From: Leucoraja ocellata
Lineage: Eukaryota
DNA length: 64,000 nt
Direction of reading: 5' to 3'
Assembly (NCBI GenBank): GCA_036785375.1
Contig: JAWMAR010000104.1
Coordinates: 3,782,001 to 3,846,000 of the forward strand
In this document: positions 1-13,261 of the stretch, one piece after another
Layout of the letters: every line of letters starts with the position of its first letter
Numbering within the stretch: the stretch's first letter is position 1
The notes under the pieces: generated by a model
What the model was told of the DNA's origin: nothing
Databases searched by the model: none
The model's input: the letters and a program-made list of their open reading frames with translations, nothing else
Program-made: the position numbers and the translations under genes

Positions 1-589
1 CAAACATTTTGACTGACCACACACATGCTTTGGCTACGACTGCAGACTACATGCATGTTTATTTGGGCTTTGGGGACACTACACGGGCTCTCCACAACTG
101 AGATGGAAGTAATCAGAACTACCGTGAAATCCCATCTATTTGCCTCGACAGCTGACATACAATCTCAGAAAGTAAAATACTCTCCAGAAAAATGTTTACA
201 TAATAATTACCTTTTCAAAGAGTACTTTAGATATTCGTGTAGTCTGTCATAGACCACTGCCATAAATCGCTGATATTTCTTCAGAAGTATTTCCAATGTC
301 TCATTTTCTCTTTCTAAAAGAACAACAGCGGCAGAGCATTGACAGCACCACACATTTCCGTCTCGTCATCAATCTTCAATACACCATTGTCCCTTGATAT
401 CAACCAAGTCAAATCCCTTGACCTCACACCGATCAGTTAATATAAACTTACTCTTACCATTCGATCACAGATCAAATATATGACAACCACCGCCCCCCCC
501 CCCCCCCCCCACCAAGGCACAACGTGTAATGAAGTTGCAATGGCCAGAGTTCACAGCCCAATAATTTATCCTTCGTTGAAATAACTCAC

Positions 590-3037
590 CTCGTTATTCA
601 CACGGCAGTTGGAGCTTTCAGAACTTATCATCCCTGGGTTCTCTTTGCCAATCTGTTTTTTCTGGATATAATCCATTGCTGTAGATAGCCCGAACCTTTC
701 AGTGGTCCTTAAATCTCTCTTCGCAGACTGCAACGTTGAACAAGACTCATAGCGGTAACTCTGAGAAAGCGGATCACCTCCGAACACTTCAACGTAGTTC
801 GGTGGTATTTGAAGGCTTCTGCTGGCATTTTGAATCCCATTCAGAGAACTCCTTGACTCCAAACAGCAGCAGACGTTCAGAGAACCATATTGACTTTCTA
901 CGCCATTTCTGTTTTTATAAACCTTGACAGCCAGAATAATTAAAATCACGAGGAAAATGGTAGATGTCGTTCCTAAAGCTATGACCAAGGAAAGGTTAAA
1001 ATCTGGAGCGAAGACGTGATCTTTAGAAAGACTTGTGGCGCTGGATATCGTGTCGACGCCTTTCACAGATAGAACAATAGTCACCGTGGCTGAAAGTGAC
1101 GGGATTCCATTATCTTTTACAACAATCACCAGCCTTTGTTTAGATGCATCCTTTGTCTCAATGGCACGGATGGTCCAAATTTCCCCAGTGTCCTCTGAAA
1201 TAGTAAAAAGATTACGGTGGGTGGCCTGAAAAACATGATAAGTCAGACGGGCATTCTGACCGGAGTCGGCGTCAGTAGCGGATACCTTGGCAACTAGGTA
1301 TCCTGGTTCTGCAAACCTGGATATTGTCTCCATTACATTTGACTCATGTTCGGGCAAAGGACTCACGATCACTGGAGCGTTATCGTTCTGATCGAGGATA
1401 ACAACGTCCACTGTAACGTTACTGGAGAGAGGTGGGACTCCAGAATCTCGCACCAATACATGGATCTGGAAATTTTTCAATTGTTCGTAGTCAAATGATT
1501 TCTGCGCAAATATCACACCATTTTGTGAGTCAATTGAGACATACGAGGCCACGACTGCATTTAGGATAGTAAAGTTTAATCGGGCGTTTTGTCCCGTGTC
1601 TGGATCGTCGGCCGTGAGGGAGAATATGGAATCCCCAATAACGTTGTTTTCCATGACATTTGCCGTGTATGCAGCCTGCGTAAACCTCGGCGCGTTATCA
1701 TTTACATCTGAAACATCTACATGGATACTTTTCTTGGTTGTGAGCGGTGGGTCCCCTGCATCCGTGCATGTCACAGTGATGTCATACCTGGGGGTAGTTT
1801 CTCGATCCAGCCCGTGTTGTACAAGCAGTTTCCAATTATCCCTCACTGATGGTTCCAGCTTAAAGGCGACTTCATTTGGAATTTGACATTTTACTTGTCC
1901 GTTCTGTCCAGAATCCTTATCTTGTGCGCTGAGAAGGGCGACAATGGTTCCGATTGGAGCATTTTCTGCCACTGCACTGGACATGGATGTCAATGACACT
2001 TCAGGGGCATTGTCATTAACATCGATAACATCCACCAACACATCACAGTGTTGAGACATTGAATGATGACCATTGTCGATTGCTTTTATGTTTATGACAA
2101 ACGTTTTGCTTTGTTCAAAGTCCAAATGCCCTTTCAGTCTGATTTCACCAGATTGAGAATTCACAGCAACTAACTCACGAACGTCAGCAGAGTTATGGCT
2201 GCTGAAGGAATATGTTATCTTACCATTAGGGCCATCGTCCAAATCAGTGGCGTTTAACTTAATAATCAGACTACCTGTGGGAGCCGATTCCACCATACTG
2301 ACACTGTAAACCGCTTGTGAGAAAACAGGGGGATTGTCGTTCGCGTCCTTCACTCTGACAGTTACCTGAACCTTACCCGATCTTAGAGGGACCCCGCCGT
2401 CTTCAGCAAGCATCGTTAAGTCATGGGTCGATGTCGTTTCTCGATCCAGGGCCCGCTGCAGCACTAACACAGGTAAATCTCCTATCCTAGCACGTTCTTG
2501 TACATCAAGTATGAAATAATCATTGGGAAGGAGCTGGTAAGTCTGCAAGGAGTTCGTCCCAATGTCCGGATCGTGAGCTGGCTCGAGGGGGAATCGCGCT
2601 CCCGGTGACATATTCTCTGAGATTTCAAGGCGGATCTGGCTTTTGGGGAAACTGGGAGCGTTGTCATTTACATCGAGTATCTCCACTTCCACCTGGTGAA
2701 GACTGAGGGGATTTTCAAGCACGACGTTCAGGGGTAAAATGCAATCGATGCTCGGCCCGCAAAGTTGCTCCCTGTCGATTCTCTCATTCACAAATAAAAC
2801 CCCTTTTTCTAAATTTAGGTCAACATATCGCCTCCTCAGGTCTGGCGCCACCCGCAAACTGCGAGCCGAGAGCTGCTTTAAATCTAACCCCAAATCAATG
2901 GCGATATTCCCAACAAAGGCACCCAGTTGCAATTCCTCTGGAACGGAATATCGAATCTGCCCAGAAACAAGGTCCCAGGGGCAGAAAAAGCAGCACAATA
3001 GTCGGTATTTGAGCAGCCAATATATATTATCTCTCAT
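590..3037 (-). CDS. Clustered protocadherin variable exon V1 (type A), 816 codons to splice donor; read-through ORF ends at 566
   Basis: Signal peptide, QIRYSVPEE start of EC1, EC1 C-x5-C (CGPSIDC), six cadherin repeats with DRE/DxNDNxP/DxD motifs, TM (LVIALGTTSTIFLVILIILAV), cytoplasmic segment, donor GAG|GTGAGT at 589-584. Confidence 0.96.
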
Positions 3038-3214
3038 TTCCAGTAGAAATCATTCCAATGGTTTCAACCCGAGACAAAACCTTTCGTCAGCGATTTGATT
3101 TAAATGAGACAAATACGACGCAGGCAATATTTGTACCTCCTTGGTGAATTGTTCCAATGTTTTCATTTAATCGTGTTGATGTTTTACCCAGTTCGAAATG
3201 AATCGAGCAGAAAC

Positions 3215-3382
3215 CGTCCGGAGCTGCTGCCTATCCAGTGTCCACGGCGTCTGATCGGACGCGATGGCGGCTGGGTATTGTAAGGGGCTGTGCAGATCAC
3301 CAGTTCCCTCCGACCTCCTGATTGGTGAATAATGTAGCAGTCATATCCGACCAATTACAATTCAGCTCATTTCTTAAAGCAG
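3215..3382 (-). promoter_or_regulatory. Variable-exon promoter module of V1
   Basis: CpG-containing block repeated at the same distance upstream of all nine exons: GATGGCGGC 3263-3271, ATTGG 3321-3325, CCAAT 3351-3355, TTCTTAAAGC 3371-3380. Confidence 0.8.
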
Positions 3383-3764
3383 GAACGGCTTAACTTGGCG
3401 CAGACTTGTCACATTTATTGTTGCGTAATTGAAATTGCTTTTAGCATTTTGGGTGTTCTTACTTACTGTGAAAATTTCCCACCAGAACCGAATTTTCATG
3501 AGCTACAATACAGTGAATATCCTAAAGATGAAATATGGAAACTTATGATTTCAGGAACGTGGTCAGTAGAAAGAACTGAACTCAACTTGCTGCGAATCTA
3601 ATTTCATGCATCTTCCAACGTGTCTTTACAATCGTTGCGATCTGGCAATATGCAGTGACAAAAGGATGTCATTCTGTCTTTGAATCGAACTAAAAATACC
3701 TGATGTAAGGTTTATAGCTGAACTGTCGATATTCCCCCTCCATACTATACGTTGTACTAATTGA

Positions 3765-4011
3765 AACATAGACATAGAAACATAGAAATTAGGTGCAGGA
3801 GTAGGCCATTCGGCCCTTCGAGCCTGCACCGCCATTCAATATGATCATGGCTGATCATCCAACTCAGTATCCCGTACGTGCCTTCTTGCCATACCCCCTG
3901 ACCCCCTTAGCCACAAGGGCCACATCTAACTCCCTCTTAAATATAGCCAATGAACTGGCCTCAACTACCCTCTCTGGCAGAGAGTTCCAGAGATTCACCA
4001 CTCTCTGTGTG
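3765..4011 (-). mobile_element. 5'-truncated CR1-clade LINE 3' end
   Basis: (CATAGAAA)-type tail and CR1 3'UTR-like sequence; AATTGA target-site duplication at 3759-3764 and 4012-4017; absent from paralogous spacer at ~19200. Confidence 0.8.
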
Positions 4012-4328
4012 AATTGACAAACAATATTTTCTCAGGCACTCTACCAGTTTCTGGTTTCATATCTACTAAATATTGAACTTATAATAATTATATATTACCA
4101 TGCCCTCGCTGATATTAATTGTTGGTATTGCATTTACTTACCACCACTCTTACGGGAGAGCCATCAGCAAAAGGACTGCACTGATTCATGAAGGCGTCTG
4201 AATAGCACCATTTCAAGTGAAATTAGGGAAGGATAAATCATTGTTCTTGCATAAAACACTTGCATCCAAGATACGAAGAAGGGCACGACAGATGGTTGAA
4301 AACTGCTGATTCTAAAAACATGGCTTTA

Positions 4329-6794
4329 ACAGACAATAGGCAATAGACAATAGACAATAGGTGCAGGAGTAGGCCATTTGGCCCCTTCAGCCAGCACCGC
4401 CATTCAATGTGATCTTGGCTGATCATCCCCAATCAGTACCCCGTTCCTGCATTCTTCCCATATCCCCTGACTCCGCTATTTTTAAGAGCCCTATCTAGCT
4501 CTCTATTGAAAGCGTCCAGAGAACCTGCCTCCACCGCCCTATGAGGCAGGGAATTTCACAGACTCGCCACTCTCTGTGAGAAAAAGGGTTTCATCGTCTC
4601 CGTTCTAAATGGCTTACTCCTTATTCTTAAACTGTGGCCTCTGGTTCTGGACTCCCCCAACATCGGGAACATGTTTCCTGTCTCTAGTGTGTCCAAGGCC
4701 TTAACAATCTTATATGTTTCAATGAGATACCCTCTCATCCTTCCAAACTCCAGAATGTACAAGGCCAGCTGCTCCATTCTCTCAGCATATGACAGTCCCG
4801 CCATCCCGGGAATTAACCTTGTAAACCTACGCTGCACTCCCTCAATAGCAAGAATGTCCTTCCTCAAATTAGGGGATCAAAACTTCACACAATACTCCAG
4901 GAGTGGTCTCACTAGGACTCTGTACAACTACAGAAGGACCTCTTTGCTCCTATATTCGATTCCTCTTGTTATAAAGGCCAACATGCCATTCGCTTTCTTC
5001 ATTGCCTGTTGTACCTGCATGTTTACTTTCATAGACTGATGTACAAGGACCCCCAGATCCCATTGTTCTTCCCCTTTTCCCAACTTGATGCCATTAAGAT
5101 AGTAATATGCCTTCCTGTATTTCCTACCAAAGTAGATAACCTCACATTTATCCGCATTAAACTTAATCTGCCATGCATCTGCCCACTCCCCAACCTGTCC
5201 AAGTCACCCTGCATTCTCATAGCATCTTCCTCAAAGTTTACACTGCTACCCTGCTTTGTGTCATCTGCAAATTTGCTAATGTTACTTTGAATCCCTTCAT
5301 CCAAATCATTGATGCATTATTGTAAATAGCTGCGGTCCCAGCAGCGAGCCTTGCGGTACCCCACTAGTCACCACCTGCCACTCTGAAAGGGTCCCGTTAA
5401 TCCCTACTCTTTATTTCCTGTCTGCCAACCACTTCTCTATCCATGTCAGCACTCTACCCCCAATACCATGTGCCCCAATTTTGCCCACTCATCTATTATG
5501 TGGGACCTTATCAAATGCTTTCTGAAAGTCCAGGTACACTACATTCACTGGCTCTCCCTTGTCCATTTTCCCCAGTTACATCTTCAAAAAATTCCAGAAG
5601 ATTAGTCAAGCATGATTTCCCCTTCGTAAATCCATGCTGACTCGGACCGATCCTGTTACTGCTATCCAAATGTGCGGCTATCTCATCTTTTATAATTGAA
5701 TCCAGCATCTTCCCAACCACCGATGTCAGGCTAACTGGTCTATACTTCCCCGTTTTCCCTCCCCCACCTTTCATAAAAAGTGGGATAACATTAGCTACCC
5801 TCCAATCCACAGGAACTGATCCTGAGTCTATAGAACATTGGATAATTATCACCAACGCATCAACGATTTATCGAGCCACTTCCTTAAGTACCCTTGGAGG
5901 CAGACCATCAGGCCCTGGGGATTTATCAGCCTTCAGTCCCATCAGTCTATCCAACACCATTTCCTGCCTAATGTGGATTTCCTTCAGTTCCTCCATCAAC
6001 CCAGATCTTCTGGTCACTACAATATCAGGAAGATTGTTTGTGTCCTCCTTAGTGAACACAGATCCAAAGTATCTGTTCAACTCATCTGCCATTTCGTTGA
6101 CCCCCATAATAAATTCACCCCTTTCGGTCTTCAAGGTTCCAACTTCGGTCTTAACTAATTTGTTCCTCTTCACATACTTAAAGAAGCTTTTACTATCCTG
6201 CTTTATATTCTTGGCTAGCTTACCTTCGTACCTTATCTTTTCTCCCCGTATTGTCTTTTTGGTTATCTTCTGATGTTCTTTAAACATTACCGAATCCTCT
6301 TGCTTCCCGCTCATCTTTGCTACGTTGTACTTCTTCGCTTTAATTTGTATACTGCCCCTGACGTCCCTTGTCAGCCATGGTCGTCCCTTTCTCCCCTTGG
6401 AATCTTTCTTCCTCCTAGGAATGAACTGACCCTGCACCTTCTGTATTATTCCTAGAAATACCTGCAATTTTTGTTCCACTATCATCCCTGCTAGTGTATC
6501 TTTCCAGTCAACTATGGCGAGCTCCTCCCTCATGGCCCCATAATCCTCTTTATTCAACTGCAACACTGACACCTCCGATCTACTCTTCTCCCTCTACAAT
6601 TGTAGATTAATCCTGACCATGTTATGGTCACTGCCTCCTAATGGCTCATTAACCTCGAGGTCCTTTATCAAATCCGGTGCATTACATAACACTAAATCCA
6701 GAATTGTCTTCTCCCTAGTAATCCAGAATTGCCTTCTCCCTGGTGTCTAGAATTGCCTTCTCCCTGGTAATCCAGAATTGCGATCTCCCTTAGT
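4329..6794 (-). mobile_element. CR1-clade LINE, 5'-truncated, degenerate ORF2 (end of APE domain, RT, C-terminus)
   Basis: ORF fragments with KADKSPGPDG, YRPVSLTSVVGK, QHGF..GKSCLTNLLEFFE, SKFADDTK; (GACAATA)n tail at 4331; imperfect TSD GCTTTA/GCTTCA; empty site at ~12905. Confidence 0.93.
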
Positions 6795-7150
6795 GCTTCA
6801 TTGCACTAATATATAGGAACTCGGTTTGTGTCCCGCCTCACTTGCTAAACACATGCAGAAGACACCTGTTAAATATAAATGCAATGTTACATAGGGGAAA
6901 GTTTGCTGATTGCCATAGGACATTGATTAGTATCAATATTCCTTGGATAAGGAAGCAGTCTGTACCCATATGGAATAAGTCATAGGGTCATAGATTCATG
7001 CACAACAGAAACCCATAACGACCAAAGTACCCCATCAAAGCCAGATCCCAGACAATAGTGATGCGTTGAAATGGCACTTCATTCATATTTAAAATTGGTA
7101 GGTATCAGCTATCCCTAGCAACAGATACGACAACCTCTACTCTAATTATG

Positions 7151-7227
7151 TCAAGGTTTCAAGGTTTCACGGTCAGTTTATTGTCACATGCACCAATTAA
7201 GGTAAAGCGAAATTCGAATTACCATGC
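7151..7227 (-). repeat. Short fragment of an unclassified interspersed repeat (tail similar to 42003-42075)
   Basis: TTCAAGGT repeats followed by TTTATTGTCACATGCACC; absent from paralogous spacer at ~14645. Confidence 0.5.
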
Positions 7228-7633
7228 TACCCCTAATTAATTCACATCCCAATTACATGGGTTCACGATATATTGGAAACTGCTGAATTGGCTACATATT
7301 TTTGGAGCATGACAGGTCATCAGTCGTTGTGTTTTGAGGCGACGATATTGTTCCCTGCTCTGCCGCCATTTGGCAATTGCAAAGTAATATTTTGATTCGG
7401 ATATTTTACAAATACGTGGATATGTAACAGCAACATTTGGAATGGTCAACATTAGTCATAATAAAGCTTTCAACTTGAACAACATAAAAATTCCTTCAAA
7501 ATTAATTCGGACCACCACAGAATACTTCCTCAGAATTTCAACCAAAACTGCCCAAGCGAGAAATGTAAGTGCACGAGAAAAAACAACGAGAAGGCACTAT
7601 CCCTAATTATTCTACGTCTCCTTATTTAGCACA

Positions 7634-8480
7634 AATAACCATATAACCATATAACAATTACAGCACGGTAACAGGCCATCTCGGCCCTACAAGTCCGTGC
7701 CGAACAACTTTTTTCCCTTAGTCCCACCTGCCTGCACTCATACCATAACCCTCCATTTCCTTCTCATCCATATGCCTATCCAATTTATTTTTAAATGATA
7801 CCAACGAACCTGCCTCCATCACTTCCACTGGAAGCTCATTCCACACCGCTACCACTCTCTGAGTAAAGAAGTTCCCCCTCATGTTACCCCTAAACTTCTG
7901 TCCCTTAATTCTGAAGTCATGTCCTCTTGTTTGAATCGTCCCTATTCTCAAAGGGAAAAGCTTGTCCACATCAACTCTGTCTATCCCTCTCATCATTTTA
8001 AAGACCTCTATCAAGTCCCCCCTTAACCTTCTGCGCTCCAGAGAATAAAGACCTAACTTATTCAACCTTTCTCTGTAACTTAGTTGTTGAAACCCAGGCA
8101 ACATTCTTGTAAATCTCCACTGTACGCTCTCTATTTTGTTGACATCCTTCCTATAATTGGGCGACCAAAATTGTACACCATACTCCAGATTTGGTCTCAC
8201 CAATGCCTTGTACAATTTTAACATTACATCCCAGCTTCTATACTCAATGCTCTGATTTATAAAGGCTAGCATACCAAAAGCTTTCTTTACCACCCTATCT
8301 ATATGAGATTCCACCTTCAAGGAACTATGCACGGTTATTCCCAGATCCCTCTGTTCAACTGTATTCTTCAATTCCCTACCATTTACCATGTACGTCCTAT
8401 TTTGATTTGTCCTGCCAAGGTGTAAGCACCTCACATTTATCAGCATTAAACTCCATCTGCCATCTTTCAGCCCATTCTTC
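7634..8480 (-). mobile_element. CR1-clade LINE 3' portion (second family, ATAACCAT tail)
   Basis: 242-aa ORF 7718-8446 with LYKALVRPNLEY, YSLERRRLRGDLIEVFK, FFTQRVV; closely similar to 28420-29250. Confidence 0.93.
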
Positions 8481-9033
8481 CAAAATATTTTTGACTGGCC
8501 ACATACAGACTTTCGTTGCGACTGTAGACCAAAAGCGTGTTTCCCTGCGCTTTGGGGACACTACACATGAAGGAGGTAATCAGAACTTCCGAGAAATACC
8601 ATCTATTTGCCTCGACAAGTGATACCAGCAACTCTCAAAAAGTAAAATACTCTCCAGAACTATGTTTGCAGAATAATTACCATTACAAAGAGTACTTTAG
8701 AGATTCATGTAGTCTGCCATAGACTACACTGCTATAAATCACTGATATTTCTTCAGAAGTATTTCCAATCTCACTGTCTCATTCTAAAAGAACAGCAGCA
8801 CAGCATTGACAGCACCACATAATAATCATCAATCTTAAATACACCATTGTCCCTAGATATCAATCAAGTCAAATCCCTTTAGCTCACATGAATAAGTTAA
8901 GGTAAAGTACGTTCACCATTTGATCATAGATCGAATATGTGACAACCCACCTCCACCCCGACAAAACATTTAATGAAGTTGCAATGGCCAGAGCTCACAC
9001 CCCACTTATTTTTCTTTCTTTGAAATAACTCAC

Positions 9034-11463
9034 CTCATTATTCACACGGCAGTTGGCGTTTTCAGAACTTATCAGTCCTGTTTTTTTCTGGATATAATCA
9101 TTTGCTGTAGATAGCCCACATGTTTGCGTGGTCCTTAAATCTCTCTTCGCAGACTGCAACGTTGAACAAGACTCGTAACGGTAACTCTGAGAAAGCGGAT
9201 CACCTCCGAACACCTCAACGTAGTTCGGTGGTATCTGAAGACTTCTGCTGGCGTTTTGAATCCCATTCAGAGAACTACTTGACTCCAAACAGCAGCAGAC
9301 GTTCAGATAACCATATTGACGTCCAACGCCATTTCTGTTTTTATAAATCTTGACAGTCAGGATAATTAAAATCACGAGGAAAATGATAGATGTCGTTCCT
9401 AAGGCTATGACCAAAGAAAGGTTCAAATCTGGAGAGAAAACGTGATCTTTAGCAAGACTGGTGGCACTGGATATCGTGTCGCCTCCTTTCACAGATAGTA
9501 CAATGGTCACAGTGGCTGAAAGCGATGGGATTCCATTATCTTTTACAACAATCACCAGCCTTTGTTTAGATGCATCCTTTGTCTCAATACCACGGATGGT
9601 CCAAATTTCCCCAGTATCCTCTGAGATAGTAAATAGATTACGATGGGTGGCCTGAAAAACATGATATGTCAGACGGGCATTCTGACCTGAGTCGGCGTCA
9701 ATAGCGGATACCTTGGCAACTAGGTATCCTGGTTCTGCAAACCTCGATATTGTCTCCATTACAGTTGACCCATGTTCGGGCAAAGGATTCACGATCACTG
9801 GAGCGTTATCGTTCTGATCGAGGATAACAACGTCCACTGTAATGTTACTGGAGAGAGGTGGGACTCCAGAATCCCGCACCAATACATGGATCTGGAAGTT
9901 TTTCAATTGTTCGTAGTCAAATGATTTCTGAGCAAATATGACACCATTCTGTGCGTTAATGGAGACATACGAGGCCACGACTGAATTCAGGATAGTAAAG
10001 TTTAATCGTGCGTTTTGTCCCGTGTCTGGATCATGGGCTGTGAGGGAGAATATGGAATCCCCAATAACGTTGTTTTCCATGACATTTGCCGTGTATGCAG
10101 CCTGCGTAAACCTCGGCGCGTTATCATTTAAATCTGAAATGTCTACACGGATATTTTTCGTAGATGTGAGCGGTGGGTCCCCAGCATCCGTGCATGTCAC
10201 AGTGATGTCATACCTGGGGGTAGTTTCTCGATCCAGTCCGTATTGTACAAGCAGTTTCCAATTATTCTTCATGGAGGATTCCATCTTAAAGGGCAATTTA
10301 TTCGGAATTTGACATTGTACGTGCCCGTTCTGTCCAGAATCTTTATCTTCTGCGCTGAGTAGGGCGACAATGGTTCCGATTGGAACATTTTCTGCCACTG
10401 CACTAGACATGGATGTCAATAACACTTCAGGGGCATTGTCATTCACATCGACAACATCCACCAACACATCACAGTGTTGAGAAATCGAAGGTGTACCTTT
10501 ATCGGTTGCTTGTATATTGATCACAAATGTTTTACTTTCTTCAAAGTCCAGATGTTCATTGAGTTTGATTTCACCAGTTTGGGAATTCACGCCAACTAAA
10601 TGACGAACATCAGCAGAGTTACGGCTGCTGAGAGAATATGTTATCTCCCCATTAGGGCCATCGTCTAAATCAGTGGCGTTTAACGTAATAATCAGTCTTC
10701 CTACGAGAGCCGATTCCACCATACTGACACTATAAACCGCTTGTGAGAAAACAGGAGCATTGTCGTTCGCGTCTTTCACTCTGACAGTTACCTGAACCGT
10801 ATCCGATCTTAGAGGGACTCCGCCGTCTTCAGCAAGCACCGTTAAGTCATGGGTCGATTTCGTTTCTCTATCCAGGGCCCGCTGCAGCACTAGCACCGGT
10901 AAATTTCCTAGCCTAGCGCGTTCTTGTACATCAAGAATGAAATATTCATTAGGAAGGAGCTGGTAAGTCTGCAAGGAGTTCGTCCCAATGTCCGGATCGT
11001 GAGCGGGCTCGAGGGTGAATCGCGCTCCCGGTGCCATATTCTCTGAGATTTCAAGGCGGATCTGGCTTTTGGGGAAACTGGGAGCGTTGTCATTTACATC
11101 GAGTATCTCCACTTCCACCTGGTGAAGGCTGAGGGGATTTTCAAGCACGACGTTCAAGGGTAAAATGCAATCGATGCTCGGGCCGCAAAGTTGCTCCCTG
11201 TCGATTCTCTCATTGACAAATAAAATTCCTTTTGCCAAATTTACATCAACATATCGCTTCATCTGGCTGGGTGCCAGCCGCAAACTGCGAGCCGGGAGCT
11301 GCTTTAAATCTATCCCCAAATCAATTGCGATATTCCCAACAAAGGCACCCAGTTGCAATTCCTCTGGTACTGAATATCGAATCTGCCCAGAAGCAAGGTC
11401 CCAGGGGCAGAAAAAGCAGCACAATAGTCGGTATTTGAGCAGCCAACATATATTATCTCTCAT
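9034..11463 (-). CDS. Clustered protocadherin variable exon V2 (type A), 810 codons; read-through ORF ends at 8995
   Basis: Full SP-EC1-6-TM-VCD architecture; donor GAG|GTGAGT at 9033-9028; 6-aa deletion in cytoplasmic tail relative to V1. Confidence 0.96.
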
Positions 11464-11637
11464 TTCCAGGAGAATTCATTCCAATGTTTTCAACCCGAGA
11501 CAACGACTTTCGACAGCGATTTGATTTAAATGACAACTACGAGGCAGAAAATGTCTCTACCTCCTTTGCGAATTGTTCCAATATTTTCATTTATCCGTTC
11601 TGATGTTGTATTCTGTTCGAAATGTATCGAACAGGAG

Positions 11638-11805
11638 CCGTCCGGAGCTGCTGCCTATCCAGTGTTCACGGCGTCTGGTCGGACGCGATGGCGGCTGGGT
11701 ATTGTAAGGGGCTGTGCAGATCACCAGTCGCCTCCGACCTCCTGATTGGTGGATAATGTAGCAGTCATATCCGACCAATTACAATTCAGCTCATTTCTTA
11801 AAGCA
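11638..11805 (-). promoter_or_regulatory. Promoter module of V2
   Basis: Same motif order as V1; identical by eye to 33868-34035. Confidence 0.8.
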
Positions 11806-13162
11806 AGAACTGCTTAACTTGGCGCAGATACATTTATTGTGGCGCAATTGAAGTTGCTTTTAGCATTTTGGATGCTCCTACTTACTGTGGAAAGTTATTC
11901 CCAGAAGGGAATATTCATGAACTGTAATACAGTGAATATCTTAAAGATGAAATATGGAAACTTATGATTTCAGGAATGTGATCAAAAAAAGGAAATTGAC
12001 TCAACCTGCTGCGAATCTAATTTCGCGTATCCTTCATTATAACTTTACTATCGTGGGGATCAACCAGTGACAAAAGGCCGTCATTCTACATTTGAATCGA
12101 ACGAAAGGTACCTGATGCATGTTTTCGACCTGAACCGTCAACATTTTCCCCACCTCATCCCCGCGCCCCCCTGCCCTCAACCCGTGTTGCTCGACGCGCG
12201 GAGTTCAACTTGCAGATAGTTTGTTGATTCGGTTTAAATCACCCACAGTCTTCTATGTCTTCAAAACATATAACCAAAGATACACCGAAATAAATGTCCT
12301 ATTTGTTAGTCTGTTTCAAACAAACCAGTCAACAGCACCTTAATTTCCGAAATATAATTGTTATATTGTCTGGCGGCTTCAATAAGTAGCAGAGAACTTA
12401 TATTTTAACAATAGTACTAGTTGTTATATTTCAAAGGTTGCACGCAAGTACTCTTATCAAAGTTAAAACTATCAACGTGGCTGTATTTCTTTAACATGCG
12501 AACCATGTATTTACTATCGTGTTTACCGTTATAATCTCCTTCAAGCTCTGATAATATATCATATCTACAGGCAATGCTCCGGATCAAACTACCAGTTGTA
12601 CCAGTTGGAAAACAGAATTGTCACAGGTGCTTTAGCATTTCCCGGTTTAATATCTACTGAATGTTGAACTTAGACTAGTAATTATCTATTACCATTCCCT
12701 CGCAGATACTAATTGGTGGTATTCGAATTCGTTGCCAATAGTCTAACGGGAGAGCCATCAGCGCAAGGACTGCACTGATTCACGAAGGCGTCTGAACAGA
12801 ACTATTTCAAGGAAAATTAGGGAAGGATAATGTCTTGCATTAAACACTTGCATTCGAGTTACAAAGAAGTGTACGACAGGTTGAATGCTGATTCTAAAAT
12901 CATGGCTTCACTGCAGTAATTCATAGGAACTCTGTTTGGGGGCCGCCTCTCCTGCTAAGCACATGCGGAAGACATCGGTTAAATGCAAATACAAAGTTAC
13001 ATGGAGGGAAGTTTGCTGATTCCCATACGATATTGATTAGTAACAATATTCATTGGATAAGGAAACAGTCCCAACCCATATGGAATAAGTCATGAGGTCA
13101 TAGATTCATGCAGTACAGAAGTTCATAACGTCCAACGTGCCCCAGCTAAGTCATTCCCAGAC

Positions 13163-13192
13163 AATAAAACTCTGATCTTGGGGGTGTGTGTG

Positions 13193-13261
<69 letters not shown>

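Noticed and set aside
25-252. Small ORFs in spacer blocks (25-252, 8537-8722, 15054-15323, 19282-19464)
   Set aside because: Starts, stops and frames are not preserved among paralogous copies; no recognisable domain
3084-3097. Sense ATCGCTG about 55 bp upstream of the ATG as a CGCT box
   Set aside because: Absent in V6, V8 and V9, too close to the ATG, and lacks the upstream AGRKG bases of a CTCF site
736-3098. Recurrent plus-strand ORFs inside every exon (MALDIVS..., MQSMLGPQ..., MSGSSAV...)
   Set aside because: Antisense shadows of conserved cadherin codons; they recur only because the exons are paralogous
6695-6794. CRISPR-like repeat array
   Set aside because: Eukaryotic DNA, no spacers, unit derives from CR1 ORF2
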